A stretch of 64,000 nucleotides of DNA from Nitrospirales bacterium. Its GTDB lineage: Bacteria > Nitrospirota > Nitrospiria > Nitrospirales > UBA8639. Where the stretch lies: positions 1,568,001 through 1,632,000 of the forward strand of contig CBDCWC010000002.1 in assembly GCA_965223295.1 (NCBI GenBank), written 5' to 3'. Under the pieces are notes generated by a model. It searched no databases. It was not told where the DNA came from and worked only from the letters and a program-made list of their open reading frames with translations. Positions 52,452-61,831 of the stretch are shown in pieces; the first letter of the stretch is position 1; each line of letters starts with the position of its first letter. The translations under genes were made by a program, and so were the position numbers.

Positions 52452-53375
52452 TTAATGAGTAATCTGATTCAAGGTTGATAAAAGATTTCGCGCATCACCG
52501 ACAAACTTAGCGATCGTATCGGAGTTGCCTCTCAAATCTGACTGTCGAATCGCCTCATGAGCCTTGACACAACTTTCTACGGTTGATTCAAACTTCTTAA
52601 TAAATAAGCGTGACGGCTCCACCGTAAGGATATCCCGCAATTCGTTTTTCACCAATTGACTAGCAAGTAAATCAAAGGTGGCTTTTTCAGCTGGAGTCAC
52701 GTCTGGATCCTTATAGTTGGCTCGAAAACCATTGAACCATGTTTCACGTGTCGCTTGCGCATTGAGTCTTGTAATTTTGCTCCGAGTCTGCATACCCTTA
52801 ATATCTTTTCGAATGACATCGGTGATAACTTTGATCTGCGGGTGCGCCAATTGGACTTTCTCATAAATGACATCCCTTACCTTCAGATCTACAAACACCT
52901 TCGCCAGAGAAGAAATCGCAGTGGCCAGAACTTGGTCTTTCTGATTCACCGAACCGTCTAACGTCTTTGAAAGATCTCCGAGATTGCCACTCAGCTCCTT
53001 TGAGGCTTTCCCAATATTTTTGTCGTCATTAAATGTGGCAATTTCATGGAGTCCCCTAGCATATTCGGCTAACGATGAAATCGCCGCGCGATTACGGCGA
53101 GCTTCAGCCATGAGGTTTTCACCTTTCACCGCACAATCCCAAGGAGTTCCAGCGCAATCAGAGCTGTCTTCGGGAGCTCCCAAATCCACCGTCATCGCAG
53201 CTAGTTGACGATCGGTTTCTAGTTCCATTTCGTAAAATTTTCCAGAAGCTTCCGACAGAGCTTCTGCGCCATCCGCAAATTTACCAACCGCTTCTAGATT
53301 CACACATCCATTGAGCATGCCAACCAGAAAGAAAAATCCTAGTAACAGACTATTCCGACGTCTGATTTCTGCCAT
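52452..53375 (-). CDS. Uncharacterised alpha-helical lipoprotein
   Basis: Basic N-region, hydrophobic core, lipobox LNGC; AGGAGG RBS. Confidence 0.85.
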   Translation of the reverse strand: MAEIRRRNSLLLGFFFLVGMLNGCVNLEAVGKFADGAEALSEASGKFYEMELETDRQLAAMTVDLGAPEDSSDCAGTPWDCAVKGENLMAEARRNRAAISSLAEYARGLHEIATFNDDKNIGKASKELSGNLGDLSKTLDGSVNQKDQVLATAISSLAKVFVDLKVRDVIYEKVQLAHPQIKVITDVIRKDIKGMQTRSKITRLNAQATRETWFNGFRANYKDPDVTPAEKATFDLLASQLVKNELRDILTVEPSRLFIKKFESTVESCVKAHEAIRQSDLRGNSDTIAKFVGDARNLLSTLNQITH

Positions 53376-53525
53376 GTTTGTTCCTCCTATTATGATTGTT
53401 AAATCTTCAAAAGAACGGGGCTATAGCAGCATTTACAGTGTTGTAAAACGATCTATCATTGATATTCCTCGTGTCTACACGACTTCGATTGAGCAACCAA
53501 CTATAAAACCTTCATGTCTAAAGAT

Positions 53526-53716
53526 GGGTCTGTTGAAAAAAGCCGCCAGCGGCGTCCTCACCCTTTTTCCTTGCTCAGGTCATACCAGTACGCACCGCGC
53601 ACAAAAATGGCCGCGGCCTTGCTGAACGGACTTTTTTGAACAGACCCGAGGTCTCTGACATGTAACGTCGCAGAGACGAAATGTGGCCATTGACATCATC
53701 ATTATTCAACAGCCCC
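53526..53716 (+). mobile_element. MITE family A copy 7 (191 bp)
   Basis: GGGTCTGTTGAAAAAA...TTATTCAACAGCCCC; direct repeat AAAGAT. Confidence 0.88.
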
Positions 53717-53837
53717 AAAGATGATTTCTTGCATTTCTCTATATGAAATACTCAATAAGAACCACATCCACGTTTGAAAGAGCGCTGAACAATACCATTG
53801 CTGACACATCTAACAAAACACGCTTCCCTCATGCCAA

Positions 53838-55241
53838 TCAAAATTTATGGGTGTTTTTCTCTAAACGCTTTGCTTTTTTTCGAGCAATGATTTCTACGTC
53901 GATTCCAGTTGGGCGAACAGCGACTTTCGTAAAATTATCGTCAGAAATCACTTTGCTGGGGTTGGCTAACCGAAATAGGCCAGCCTCTCCACCATCGATA
54001 AACCCTTTTGTTTGAAAATGCCGTGCGGATGGATGCGGGTACGGCCAAAAAAATGCAGAAGACACGACGGAAATAATTTTCAAATTTGATTCCGATACGA
54101 GCTCTACCGACAGTGAAGCATGAACATCTCCAGAGAAAAAGACTACCTTTTGAACTTTATTCTCCTCAATATGAGTAAGAATTTCCTTTCTTTGGTGTTG
54201 AAATCCTGCCCATTTATCACATGATTCTTCAGAACCTGAATCTGGGGCAAATGGAACAGACGTGACAATTATCTTGACCTGCCCCGACCCATCATTCAGC
54301 CACCGTTTAAGTGCCCGCATCTGGTCAATACTCAACATTTCGGACTTCCCGTCTGGATCCAACAGCCGCTCGGTTCTGGAATCAGTCACAAAAATATCAC
54401 AACATCCATCTGAGTATTTGTACCAAAGTTTGTTGGGTGTCCCATGCAATCTTCCTTGCTTGATAGGAATGAGCGGGCTATGGCTGAGTTGATAGGTTTG
54501 GTAAGCATGAATGGCATTGGGAAACAGAGTTTTCCAATCCTTGCCGCTAGATTTGGCTGGCCAATTATCTTCAATCTCGTGATCATCAAGCGTCATATAA
54601 GTGGGAACTTGACTCATCAATGTTCGAATATGTTTCTGAGAAAAGGCATCTCGATAGCGTTGGTAAAACTGACTTACAGATTTGTCTGGATTGAACACAT
54701 TGAGATCATCCGCATAAATTTGGTCGCCCATCATGATCAACTGGTGAACTTCGATGCCTTCATCCTGAATGAGATCCTTCACAATTGATTCGAACATTTT
54801 ATCTCCACGATCATCAAAGAAATCACCAAGGAATGTTTTCAGAAGATATCGACAGGACCCTATAACAAGAGTCCGAGATTTTTTCTTATTGGCCGATGCA
54901 GTCAGAAACTCCCCACCACTTACTCCTTCCCAGTCAATATCCTCAAAAATTTCATCCATTAACTCGGAATCCGAAAAGTAGTACCCCATTTGATATTCAT
55001 AACGCTCCTCGGGTCTTAACCTGTCTAATATGGCGATCCCTGTTAAATCAAAATTGGGATTCATCTTAAAGGTGAGGGGCTTGCTCCAGTTTTCGGTTTC
55101 CTTTTTACGAAAGCGAAGAGCACCAAAACATCGTCGTGGTTGGCCTTCAATGATATGAGCCATACCACGTCCCCAAATACGTGCCCGAGTCGGGGTCGTT
55201 TCTCCGACAATCGGACCAACTGTTAACGGATGAAGTTTCAT
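53838..55241 (-). CDS. PhoD-like alkaline phosphatase/phosphodiesterase, no signal peptide
   Basis: GSC, GDQIYAD, DDHEIEDNW, DSR, DKW and SGDVH motifs. Confidence 0.9.
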   Translation of the reverse strand: MKLHPLTVGPIVGETTPTRARIWGRGMAHIIEGQPRRCFGALRFRKKETENWSKPLTFKMNPNFDLTGIAILDRLRPEERYEYQMGYYFSDSELMDEIFEDIDWEGVSGGEFLTASANKKKSRTLVIGSCRYLLKTFLGDFFDDRGDKMFESIVKDLIQDEGIEVHQLIMMGDQIYADDLNVFNPDKSVSQFYQRYRDAFSQKHIRTLMSQVPTYMTLDDHEIEDNWPAKSSGKDWKTLFPNAIHAYQTYQLSHSPLIPIKQGRLHGTPNKLWYKYSDGCCDIFVTDSRTERLLDPDGKSEMLSIDQMRALKRWLNDGSGQVKIIVTSVPFAPDSGSEESCDKWAGFQHQRKEILTHIEENKVQKVVFFSGDVHASLSVELVSESNLKIISVVSSAFFWPYPHPSARHFQTKGFIDGGEAGLFRLANPSKVISDDNFTKVAVRPTGIDVEIIARKKAKRLEKNTHKF

Positions 55242-55440
55242 AAATCCTCCATAAATCTGAAAATATCACCAAAGATCATATAGATAAGAACGAAAACAAA
55301 ATATCTTTGACCGGATATCAGATCGTCGTACCTTACTTTTCATTGTTAACTACTAGTCGCAGGGGGGTTAGATACTAGATCTTCGATCAACTCTCAACCA
55401 TGTTTCCTCTGACTCTCCAAAGAAGCACCTACCTTATATC

Positions 55441-55596
55441 TGCAAAGACGAGACCTAGGCAGTGGAAAGCAATCAGATTTTTCTACGGAGAAATTTCCTG
55501 GAAAAATGAAGAAATTATCGTAAATGCTTCTCTATTATCCAGTCAGCTTCTTCAAGTTTGTATCTAAAATGATAAAATATGTATCTATTCAGATAA
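55441..55596 (-). promoter_or_regulatory. Sigma54-like promoter plus tandem upstream boxes
   Basis: Minus-strand AGGTCTCGTCTTTGCA (55456-55441). Boxes GTATCTAAAATGATAA (55560-55575) and GTATCTATTCAGATAA (55581-55596). Confidence 0.7.
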
Positions 55597-55684
55597 ATTT
55601 CTGGAATAGAAAAGGGAACGTAGTTAAGCAACAGCTGAGAGGTTCAATTAATGAAAACATTGAATTCCGAGAGGATAGCGGGAA

Positions 55685-56176
55685 TTAGGAACGCACCATA
55701 AAGGCAGCGGCAAGAAGAATGGCTAGACCGATCAACATAGTAAGCCGACTGATGAGGGGAGAGAGTCGCAGAAAAATTTTTTCAAGAGGAGTCAATGCCG
55801 ACACGGGTTTATGTTTGATGACTCGGACTTTTGGGCCAATGAATCGATCATGAGCCAGAGAGGCAATGACAAGAAAGAGAACAAGAGTTAATTTGATGAA
55901 CACTGGAAGTGGCCAATCTCCAAAGGATGTGGAGAAATCCACTTGATTGGGAAGAAGAATTCCTCCCGTTACGACGAGTAAAAGCAGGGCGACCCACACG
56001 AGCATCCGAAACCGACGCGCCAGGTTGATAAACTCGCGCTGGGCAATAGCGGGGTCGGGGGCCTTCTTAAGACGAGGGACCGCGACAAGGGAGAGAAAGA
56101 GCATACCGCCAACCCAGAAGGTCGCCGCAACCAGATGAATCCAGACTAAAATAATCTCAAATAACGTCACCTCCAA
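55685..56176 (-). CDS. CopD/DUF4149-like membrane protein
   Basis: WIHLVAATFWVGGMLF; TGG; KL...HD..IGP; four TM helices. Confidence 0.8.
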   Translation of the reverse strand: MEVTLFEIILVWIHLVAATFWVGGMLFLSLVAVPRLKKAPDPAIAQREFINLARRFRMLVWVALLLLVVTGGILLPNQVDFSTSFGDWPLPVFIKLTLVLFLVIASLAHDRFIGPKVRVIKHKPVSALTPLEKIFLRLSPLISRLTMLIGLAILLAAAFMVRS

Positions 56177-56365
56177 GATTGTAACGAGATCAATAGTAGG
56201 TTAACTACTCAATATCTCCAAAAAGTTTTTGTCCCCTTAGGTCTCCTTTCACATCTCTTGCTTTCCTACCTCACGCGAACTTCCCTCTGCAACGGAAATG
56301 AACTAATCGGGCATATGACATGTAACCGACACAAACGAAGGGTATTCAGACTGCCAATACAGAGT

Positions 56366-56588
56366 AAGAGTGTTGAATAACACAAAGCATCAGAGGCAAA
56401 TTTCCTCATGATCATGTCAAATACCAAAAACTTCGGGGCGGCTCAAAAAAGTTCATCCAGCAAGGCCGCAGCCATTTTTGCGCGCAGAGCGTACTGGCCC
56501 TGTGAGCATAGAAAAAGGTCCACCTGCCTGCGCGAAGCCGCTCCGGCGAAGGCAGGTACCGCCGCTGGTGGGTTTTTTCAACAGCCAC
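56366..56588 (-). mobile_element. MITE family A copy 8 (inverted, 223 bp, with nested hairpin)
   Basis: GTGTTGAATAA...GGGGCGGCTCAAAAAA...TTTTTCAACAGCCAC; extra ACCTGCCT...AGGCAGGT at 56522-56557. Confidence 0.8.
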
Positions 56589-56592
56589 AAGG

Positions 56593-57345
56593 TTAGAAGG
56601 CAATGCCTAAATAGGCACCTGTTGTCCCAAAATTATTTGTGGTGTCGGTTTGCCCAGTGGCCAAATGAAACCGTCCATCAACACCCAAATGAAGGGCTTT
56701 CCATACTCGAACTTGAGCTCCCACCGCAAACTGCACCCCAATATCTAATACCGTTGTATCGTTGGACGGAGGACTAATAACATGAAAATCTAACCCGACA
56801 GGGATGATCCAAGGCCGGAAACGGCTGCCTTCCATGAACATAATTTTCGGAGCCACATCCACCGTTAACATCGTGATCTGTACCCGTTCTTTTCTAGCTT
56901 TGCAAGTGGTCACACCAGCAAGCGCACAAGTACTGGGGACGGCTTGCTGTACCTTTTTTGAGTTAAATCGTTTAAATTCTACTCCGATTTCCCCTAAAAC
57001 CCAGGTTCCAGGCAACAAATCCCAGACATTTCGTGAGAGTAGGAGATCGACGCCAGCCCCAACATAATAGCCAGTATCACCATCGTTGCTCCCATCGAAA
57101 CCAAAGGCATCCGTTTCCACCTCATTCGATCGATCACTCGTCGCCCAAGCCCCACCACCGCGAAAGAAAACCATGTTCCCGGTTTCTTGCTCAGCTCCTG
57201 GTGAGGAAGAGAGCGTTTTTTGTTCTAATCGCTCCAACCGTTCTTCAACAGTCGCAGCTTGCGCCATACTCGCAACCCCCAACATCGCACATACTATCAA
57301 ACCACATACACTACTCCGCACTATGGACCGACCTCTTCTCATCAT
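56593..57345 (-). CDS. Outer-membrane beta-barrel protein
   Basis: Signal peptide (AQA), short coiled coil, amphipathic strands, C-terminal YLGIAF; AGGAGG RBS. Confidence 0.8.
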   Translation of the reverse strand: MMRRGRSIVRSSVCGLIVCAMLGVASMAQAATVEERLERLEQKTLSSSPGAEQETGNMVFFRGGGAWATSDRSNEVETDAFGFDGSNDGDTGYYVGAGVDLLLSRNVWDLLPGTWVLGEIGVEFKRFNSKKVQQAVPSTCALAGVTTCKARKERVQITMLTVDVAPKIMFMEGSRFRPWIIPVGLDFHVISPPSNDTTVLDIGVQFAVGAQVRVWKALHLGVDGRFHLATGQTDTTNNFGTTGAYLGIAF

Positions 57346-57661
57346 CACGCCACCTCCTTTATGACATAGTTGTAACATTTCCCTTGAACAGTCATATCTC
57401 ACACTCGACTCAAACCCCTTACATTCAATATCTAGAAAGCCACAAATTTATTTTCATGCGATTCATCCTAGACAAAACCCTCCGCCTCGTCATTGTGGAA
57501 TAACAAGGGGGATAACGATTGTGGTCAAGTTTTTCGATAGGGCGAAAGGCCTAGAAACCGCATGTAGACTTCGCACAGCCAGGAATGCGTTCGGGCTGGA
57601 AATACAGAAGAAAAGCTGTCTTTTGAAAAGGGGAAAAATCGAGAGAGCAGAGAAAAATTAG

Positions 57662-58429
57662 TTACCTTGAAGACGAGACACTTGCTATGTTGGTGAGACG
57701 ATCAACATTGAGTAGAGTGAGATTACGGCCTTCCACTGCAACCAATTCCGCTCCCTGAAAATCTCGGAGAAGACGCACAACAGTTTCAACGGTCACTGCC
57801 GCCATTTGAGCCAAATCTTCCCGTTTAAGTTGAAGGGTGATCCGGCTCCCCTTCTCTACAGGTTCCCCAAACCGCTCGCTCAGATCTACTAGCAAGCGCG
57901 CGAGCCGTTCTCGAGCTGGCGTAAAGGCAAATTGGTCAGCCGTATTTACGACATCGGTCATTTCTTTGCTGAGTACTTGTATCAATTTCACAGCCGCCTC
58001 CCCGTGGTCTTTCAAAAAATTAAGAAAGCTGCCTTGGTCTACAAGAGAAATTTGTGACGGCTCCAGCACCTCACAGGTCACCTGATGAACCGGTTGCTCT
58101 TGAAAGGCCTGCTTTTCTAAGAGTTGGCCTCCGCTTAAAATACCCACTAACCGTTGCTGCCCCTTGCGATTCAACCGCGTGAGTTTTACACGTCCCTGAC
58201 AGAGGATATACAAACCCAAAGCCACATGGCCTTCATAAAACACATGTTGGCCAGGTTGATAGATGACCTGCCGTTTGACCAGACTGAAAGCATCTCCATC
58301 TTGAGGGAGAATTTCACAAATTTCCGAGCATTCTCGATTCGGACAAAGCTCACAATCTGGAATGGCGGGAGATGGAATGGTTTTCATCACCACATCACTT
58401 TCTTCTTTAGCCTGACAATTATACCTCAT
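57662..58429 (-). CDS. Crp/Fnr family regulator with N-terminal Cys cluster (start 58429 or 58387)
   Basis: CELCPNRECSEIC; cNMP-like domain; HTH REDLAQMAAVTVETVVR. Confidence 0.9.
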   Translation of the reverse strand: MRYNCQAKEESDVVMKTIPSPAIPDCELCPNRECSEICEILPQDGDAFSLVKRQVIYQPGQHVFYEGHVALGLYILCQGRVKLTRLNRKGQQRLVGILSGGQLLEKQAFQEQPVHQVTCEVLEPSQISLVDQGSFLNFLKDHGEAAVKLIQVLSKEMTDVVNTADQFAFTPARERLARLLVDLSERFGEPVEKGSRITLQLKREDLAQMAAVTVETVVRLLRDFQGAELVAVEGRNLTLLNVDRLTNIASVSSSR

Positions 58430-58459
58430 TACCCATTCACGAACCAAATGTTCTATTCT

Positions 58460-58605
58460 GGAAGCGTTCAATAATGAAGAGTTCAAAGGCCGTATTTCGC
58501 TAGGAAGCCCTTGTCGATCAGCAGCGTCGGGTCAGCCTGCTCGCCAGTACGAAGCCGCTCCAGCGAAGGCAGAGAACGCCGCTGACGGCTTTTTTCAACG
58601 GACCC
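58460..58605 (-). mobile_element. MITE family A copy 9 (inverted, 146 bp; core replaced by nested hairpin)
   Basis: GGAAGCGTTCAATAA...TTTTTCAACGGACCC; direct repeat ATTCT at 58455-58459 and 58606-58610. Confidence 0.82.
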
Positions 58606-58759
58606 ATTCTTTATGACTCACAACCTCTCACACTCTCATTGACCCTCGTCCCTTCTATGTAAATAGGGTTTCCGCATGTGCCATAAAATGGTTTCCATTC
58701 AGTTACGTGAAGCTTTATACTCTCCTAACTCCCTCCTTTCACAATTCGTCTTATCGTTC

Positions 58760-59605
58760 ATGGCAGATTCTACTCAACCACTTTCTGAATTACAGACGAC
58801 ATCAGCTTACAAACGAGCAGATTCTGATTCAGCGTTTCTGCAGCGTGATGAATTGCGTGCAGCTCGCTTACAACTGGAATGGTTAAAAGCAGAACTTCTC
58901 CAACAGGATGAAGGTATCCAATCTACCATTGTCGTCTTCGGGAGTGCCCGTCTGTTAGATATGGAAGCTGCACAAGCAAAGGTGGCTGAAGCGGAGCAGG
59001 CACTGGCCCAAGCTCCCAATGATCCTGAAAAGCAACAAGCCATCAAGATTGCTCACAATCAATTGACCTTAGCACCCTATTATCAAGAAGCACGCGAGTT
59101 TGGCCGTTTGGTCTCTTCTGCCTGTCAATTGAAAGGCCGCTGTGAATACGTTGTCGTGACAGGAGGCGGCCCCGGGATCATGGAGGCTGGCAACCGGGGA
59201 GCATCTGATGTGGGAGCAAAATCCATCGGCCTGAATATTGACCTCCCGTTTGAACAAGCGCCTAATCCTTTCATCACCCCAGGCCTGTGCTTTCAATTCC
59301 GCTACTTTGCCATTCGCAAAATGCATTTCCTCCATCGAGCAAAAGCACTTGTCGTCTTTCCTGGAGGATTTGGCACGATGGATGAACTTTTTGACACGTT
59401 GACTCTTATCCAAACGGGAAAAGTGAACGATCTTTCTGTCGTATTAATCGGAAAAGCCTATTGGGAAGACCTGATTAATTGGAGGAAGTTTGTGGAATTT
59501 GGCCTGATTAGCCCTCAAGACTTAGACTTATTTCACTATGCCGAATCGGCAGCAGAGGCCTGGGAAATCATCGCCACCGAACATGAGGAAGGAACCTCGT
59601 CATGA
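58760..59605 (+). CDS. LOG family (TIGR00730-like) protein
   Basis: VVFGSAR, TGGGPGIMEA, FRYFAIRK and PGGFGTMDE motifs. Confidence 0.92.
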   Translation: MADSTQPLSELQTTSAYKRADSDSAFLQRDELRAARLQLEWLKAELLQQDEGIQSTIVVFGSARLLDMEAAQAKVAEAEQALAQAPNDPEKQQAIKIAHNQLTLAPYYQEAREFGRLVSSACQLKGRCEYVVVTGGGPGIMEAGNRGASDVGAKSIGLNIDLPFEQAPNPFITPGLCFQFRYFAIRKMHFLHRAKALVVFPGGFGTMDELFDTLTLIQTGKVNDLSVVLIGKAYWEDLINWRKFVEFGLISPQDLDLFHYAESAAEAWEIIATEHEEGTSS

Positions 59606-60999
59606 AAGTCTCGTTTCATGGTGCAGCACGATCAGTCACAGGCAGCCGGCATATCGTTGATGCGGGGAAGACCAGAGTGCTCCTCGATTGTGGATTGTTT
59701 CAGGGCCGTCGAGACCAGACACGGGAACGCAATAAGCATCTGGGCTTTGATCCAAAATCTCTTGACGCCGTCTGCCTATCTCATGCACACATTGATCATT
59801 CAGGCGCTCTCCCCGTCTTGGCGAAAAATGGATTTCGAGGTGCCGTGCATATGACCGATGCCACAGCTGATTTAACAGAAATTCTCTTGGCTGACTCCGC
59901 CCGTATTCAAGAGAATGATTGCCGATACGTGAACAAGCTGGAACGCCGTCGCGGGAAAAAATGCGTGAGCCCAATCTACTCCAGAGACCATGCACAACAG
60001 ATCGTCAAACAGTTTCAAGGGTCAGGCTACAAACAATCTGTCTCGTTGGCCGCCAATGTGACGGCGCGCTTTCACGATGCAGGGCATATCATTGGATCAT
60101 CTGCCATGTGGCTTCAACACCGCAATCGAGGGAATACGACTTCACTATTGTTTTCTGGCGATTTAGGCCGTGCGAATATGCCAATCCTTCGAGACCCGTC
60201 TCCCCCACCGCCATGTGATGCCTTGATCATCGAATCCACCTATGGCGACCGCTTACATCGTGATGAAGAAAAGCGACGAAAGAATATCGCGAAAGAACTG
60301 GTGGAACATGCCATTCAACACAAGAGTAAGATTATTGTTCCCGCATTTTCGGTAGGCCGCACACAAGATATCATTATGCGGATTAAAGCCTTAGTCAACA
60401 ATGGTGAAGTTGATCCCATTCCAATTTATATTGATTCGCCTCTGGCATCCAAGGCTACGAAGGTCTTTCGACGACATCCGGAATGTTACGACGAAGATAC
60501 CTATCGTACCTTTACCGCCTCCGGCGACGTCTTCGCGGCCAAATACATTAAGTTTATTTCGACAGCGAAAGACAGCAAACGGTTAAATCACAAGAAAGGG
60601 CCCTGTGTGATTGTCTCGGCGTCAGGAATGTGCGAAGGCGGGCGGGTGGTTCATCATTTGAAACATGCGATTCAGGATGAAGCCAATGTTATCGTCATCG
60701 TCGGATTTCAAGCTGAACATACCCTTGGACGAAAACTTGTCGAGGAATGGGATACCGTGACGATTTTTGGCGCACCAACAAAACGACGGGCACAAGTGGT
60801 GCGGCTCAATGGATTTTCGGCTCATGCCGATCGGAACGACCTACTGTCATACGTTCGAAGCATTACCCCACATCCACGGAAAGTTTTTGTGGTTCATGGT
60901 GAGGAACGTCAATCCTTGGCTTTTGCCATGACGCTTCGAGATGAATTTCCGGGGATAGAAGTGGAAGTGCCCAAACCGAATTCAACGTACGACGTGTAA
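59602..60999 (+). CDS. MBL-fold beta-CASP metallohydrolase (RNase-like)
   Basis: GAARSVTGS, SHAHIDH, AGHIIGS, SGDLG, ESTYG, FSAHAD and VHGE motifs; ATGA overlap with the LOG gene. Confidence 0.94.
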   Translation: MKVSFHGAARSVTGSRHIVDAGKTRVLLDCGLFQGRRDQTRERNKHLGFDPKSLDAVCLSHAHIDHSGALPVLAKNGFRGAVHMTDATADLTEILLADSARIQENDCRYVNKLERRRGKKCVSPIYSRDHAQQIVKQFQGSGYKQSVSLAANVTARFHDAGHIIGSSAMWLQHRNRGNTTSLLFSGDLGRANMPILRDPSPPPPCDALIIESTYGDRLHRDEEKRRKNIAKELVEHAIQHKSKIIVPAFSVGRTQDIIMRIKALVNNGEVDPIPIYIDSPLASKATKVFRRHPECYDEDTYRTFTASGDVFAAKYIKFISTAKDSKRLNHKKGPCVIVSASGMCEGGRVVHHLKHAIQDEANVIVIVGFQAEHTLGRKLVEEWDTVTIFGAPTKRRAQVVRLNGFSAHADRNDLLSYVRSITPHPRKVFVVHGEERQSLAFAMTLRDEFPGIEVEVPKPNSTYDV

Positions 61000-61077
61000 A
61001 TACCTCTCTTCTTCAACGACTACGCACCCCAGTTTCCTCCAGGTCAAAGAACGAGCAATAGTATCTGGAAGAACTGT

Positions 61078-61458
61078 TTATTCTAGAATAATCTGAGAAT
61101 CAACATTTCGAATGAAAATGGCACGGCCAGATTCGTTGACATAGGCATCAATCCAGTCACCTTTATGCGCTGGGCGATCAATGCTGGTATTTTCATCAAC
61201 TGGCAGACGAACTTCCTCATGCCCATTAGTATGAACGACATAGGCTGCACCTTCAAGATGATGGACTTGGCCCCGAACTTTTCGGACCGCTCCATTTCTC
61301 ATCATCGGATCTTCATGGAGTTGCTGATACCCTTTGGTGCCTTCAACAATACCCTGTCCCAGAGCCGATTGATGAGAGGTAGGTTCAGACATGTGATTTG
61401 CACATCCCAGCAATCCACAGACACTCAATATGAAAACTATTGTTTTTAACCAGATCAT
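61078..61458 (-). CDS. Lipoprotein with an OB-fold-like C-terminus
   Basis: Lipobox LLGC; VRGQV...GDWIDA. Confidence 0.7.
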   Translation of the reverse strand: MIWLKTIVFILSVCGLLGCANHMSEPTSHQSALGQGIVEGTKGYQQLHEDPMMRNGAVRKVRGQVHHLEGAAYVVHTNGHEEVRLPVDENTSIDRPAHKGDWIDAYVNESGRAIFIRNVDSQIILE

Positions 61459-61831
61459 ATTTCCGCTCCTTTAGTTTTGAAAGTGACGGCCATAAAATTA
61501 TCCTATCACACTCTTTCTAGGTGTCCAGAAGATGCCACCGGTTCTATTCAACTTTCAGAATAATCGTCGCCAAGACCGCAATGTCCTCGTTGAAAAAGGC
61601 TATGGGAATCTTGTTTTGGCATTCTGGGATACTTACATTCATGGTATTTGACGTATAGAACAAGATCTTTTACTCTTTCTTTGTCCTCATTCTTCCAGCT
61701 ACATTGTTTTCTCGAAAGCGTTCTTTTGACATTCACTCACATCACATCCCCTCATGCACATGTGAATGAAGCACCTTATGCTTCATTCAATTCGTGCAGG
61801 CCCTACACTTATTCATCTCAAGGAGGTTTTC

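Noticed and set aside
58430-58486. N-terminal extension of the Crp/Fnr ORF
   Set aside because: The upstream TTG lies inside MITE-A copy 9.
1456-58605. CRISPR interpretation of the repeats
   Set aside because: Copies are dispersed and ~190 bp long, with no repeat-spacer periodicity and no cas genes.
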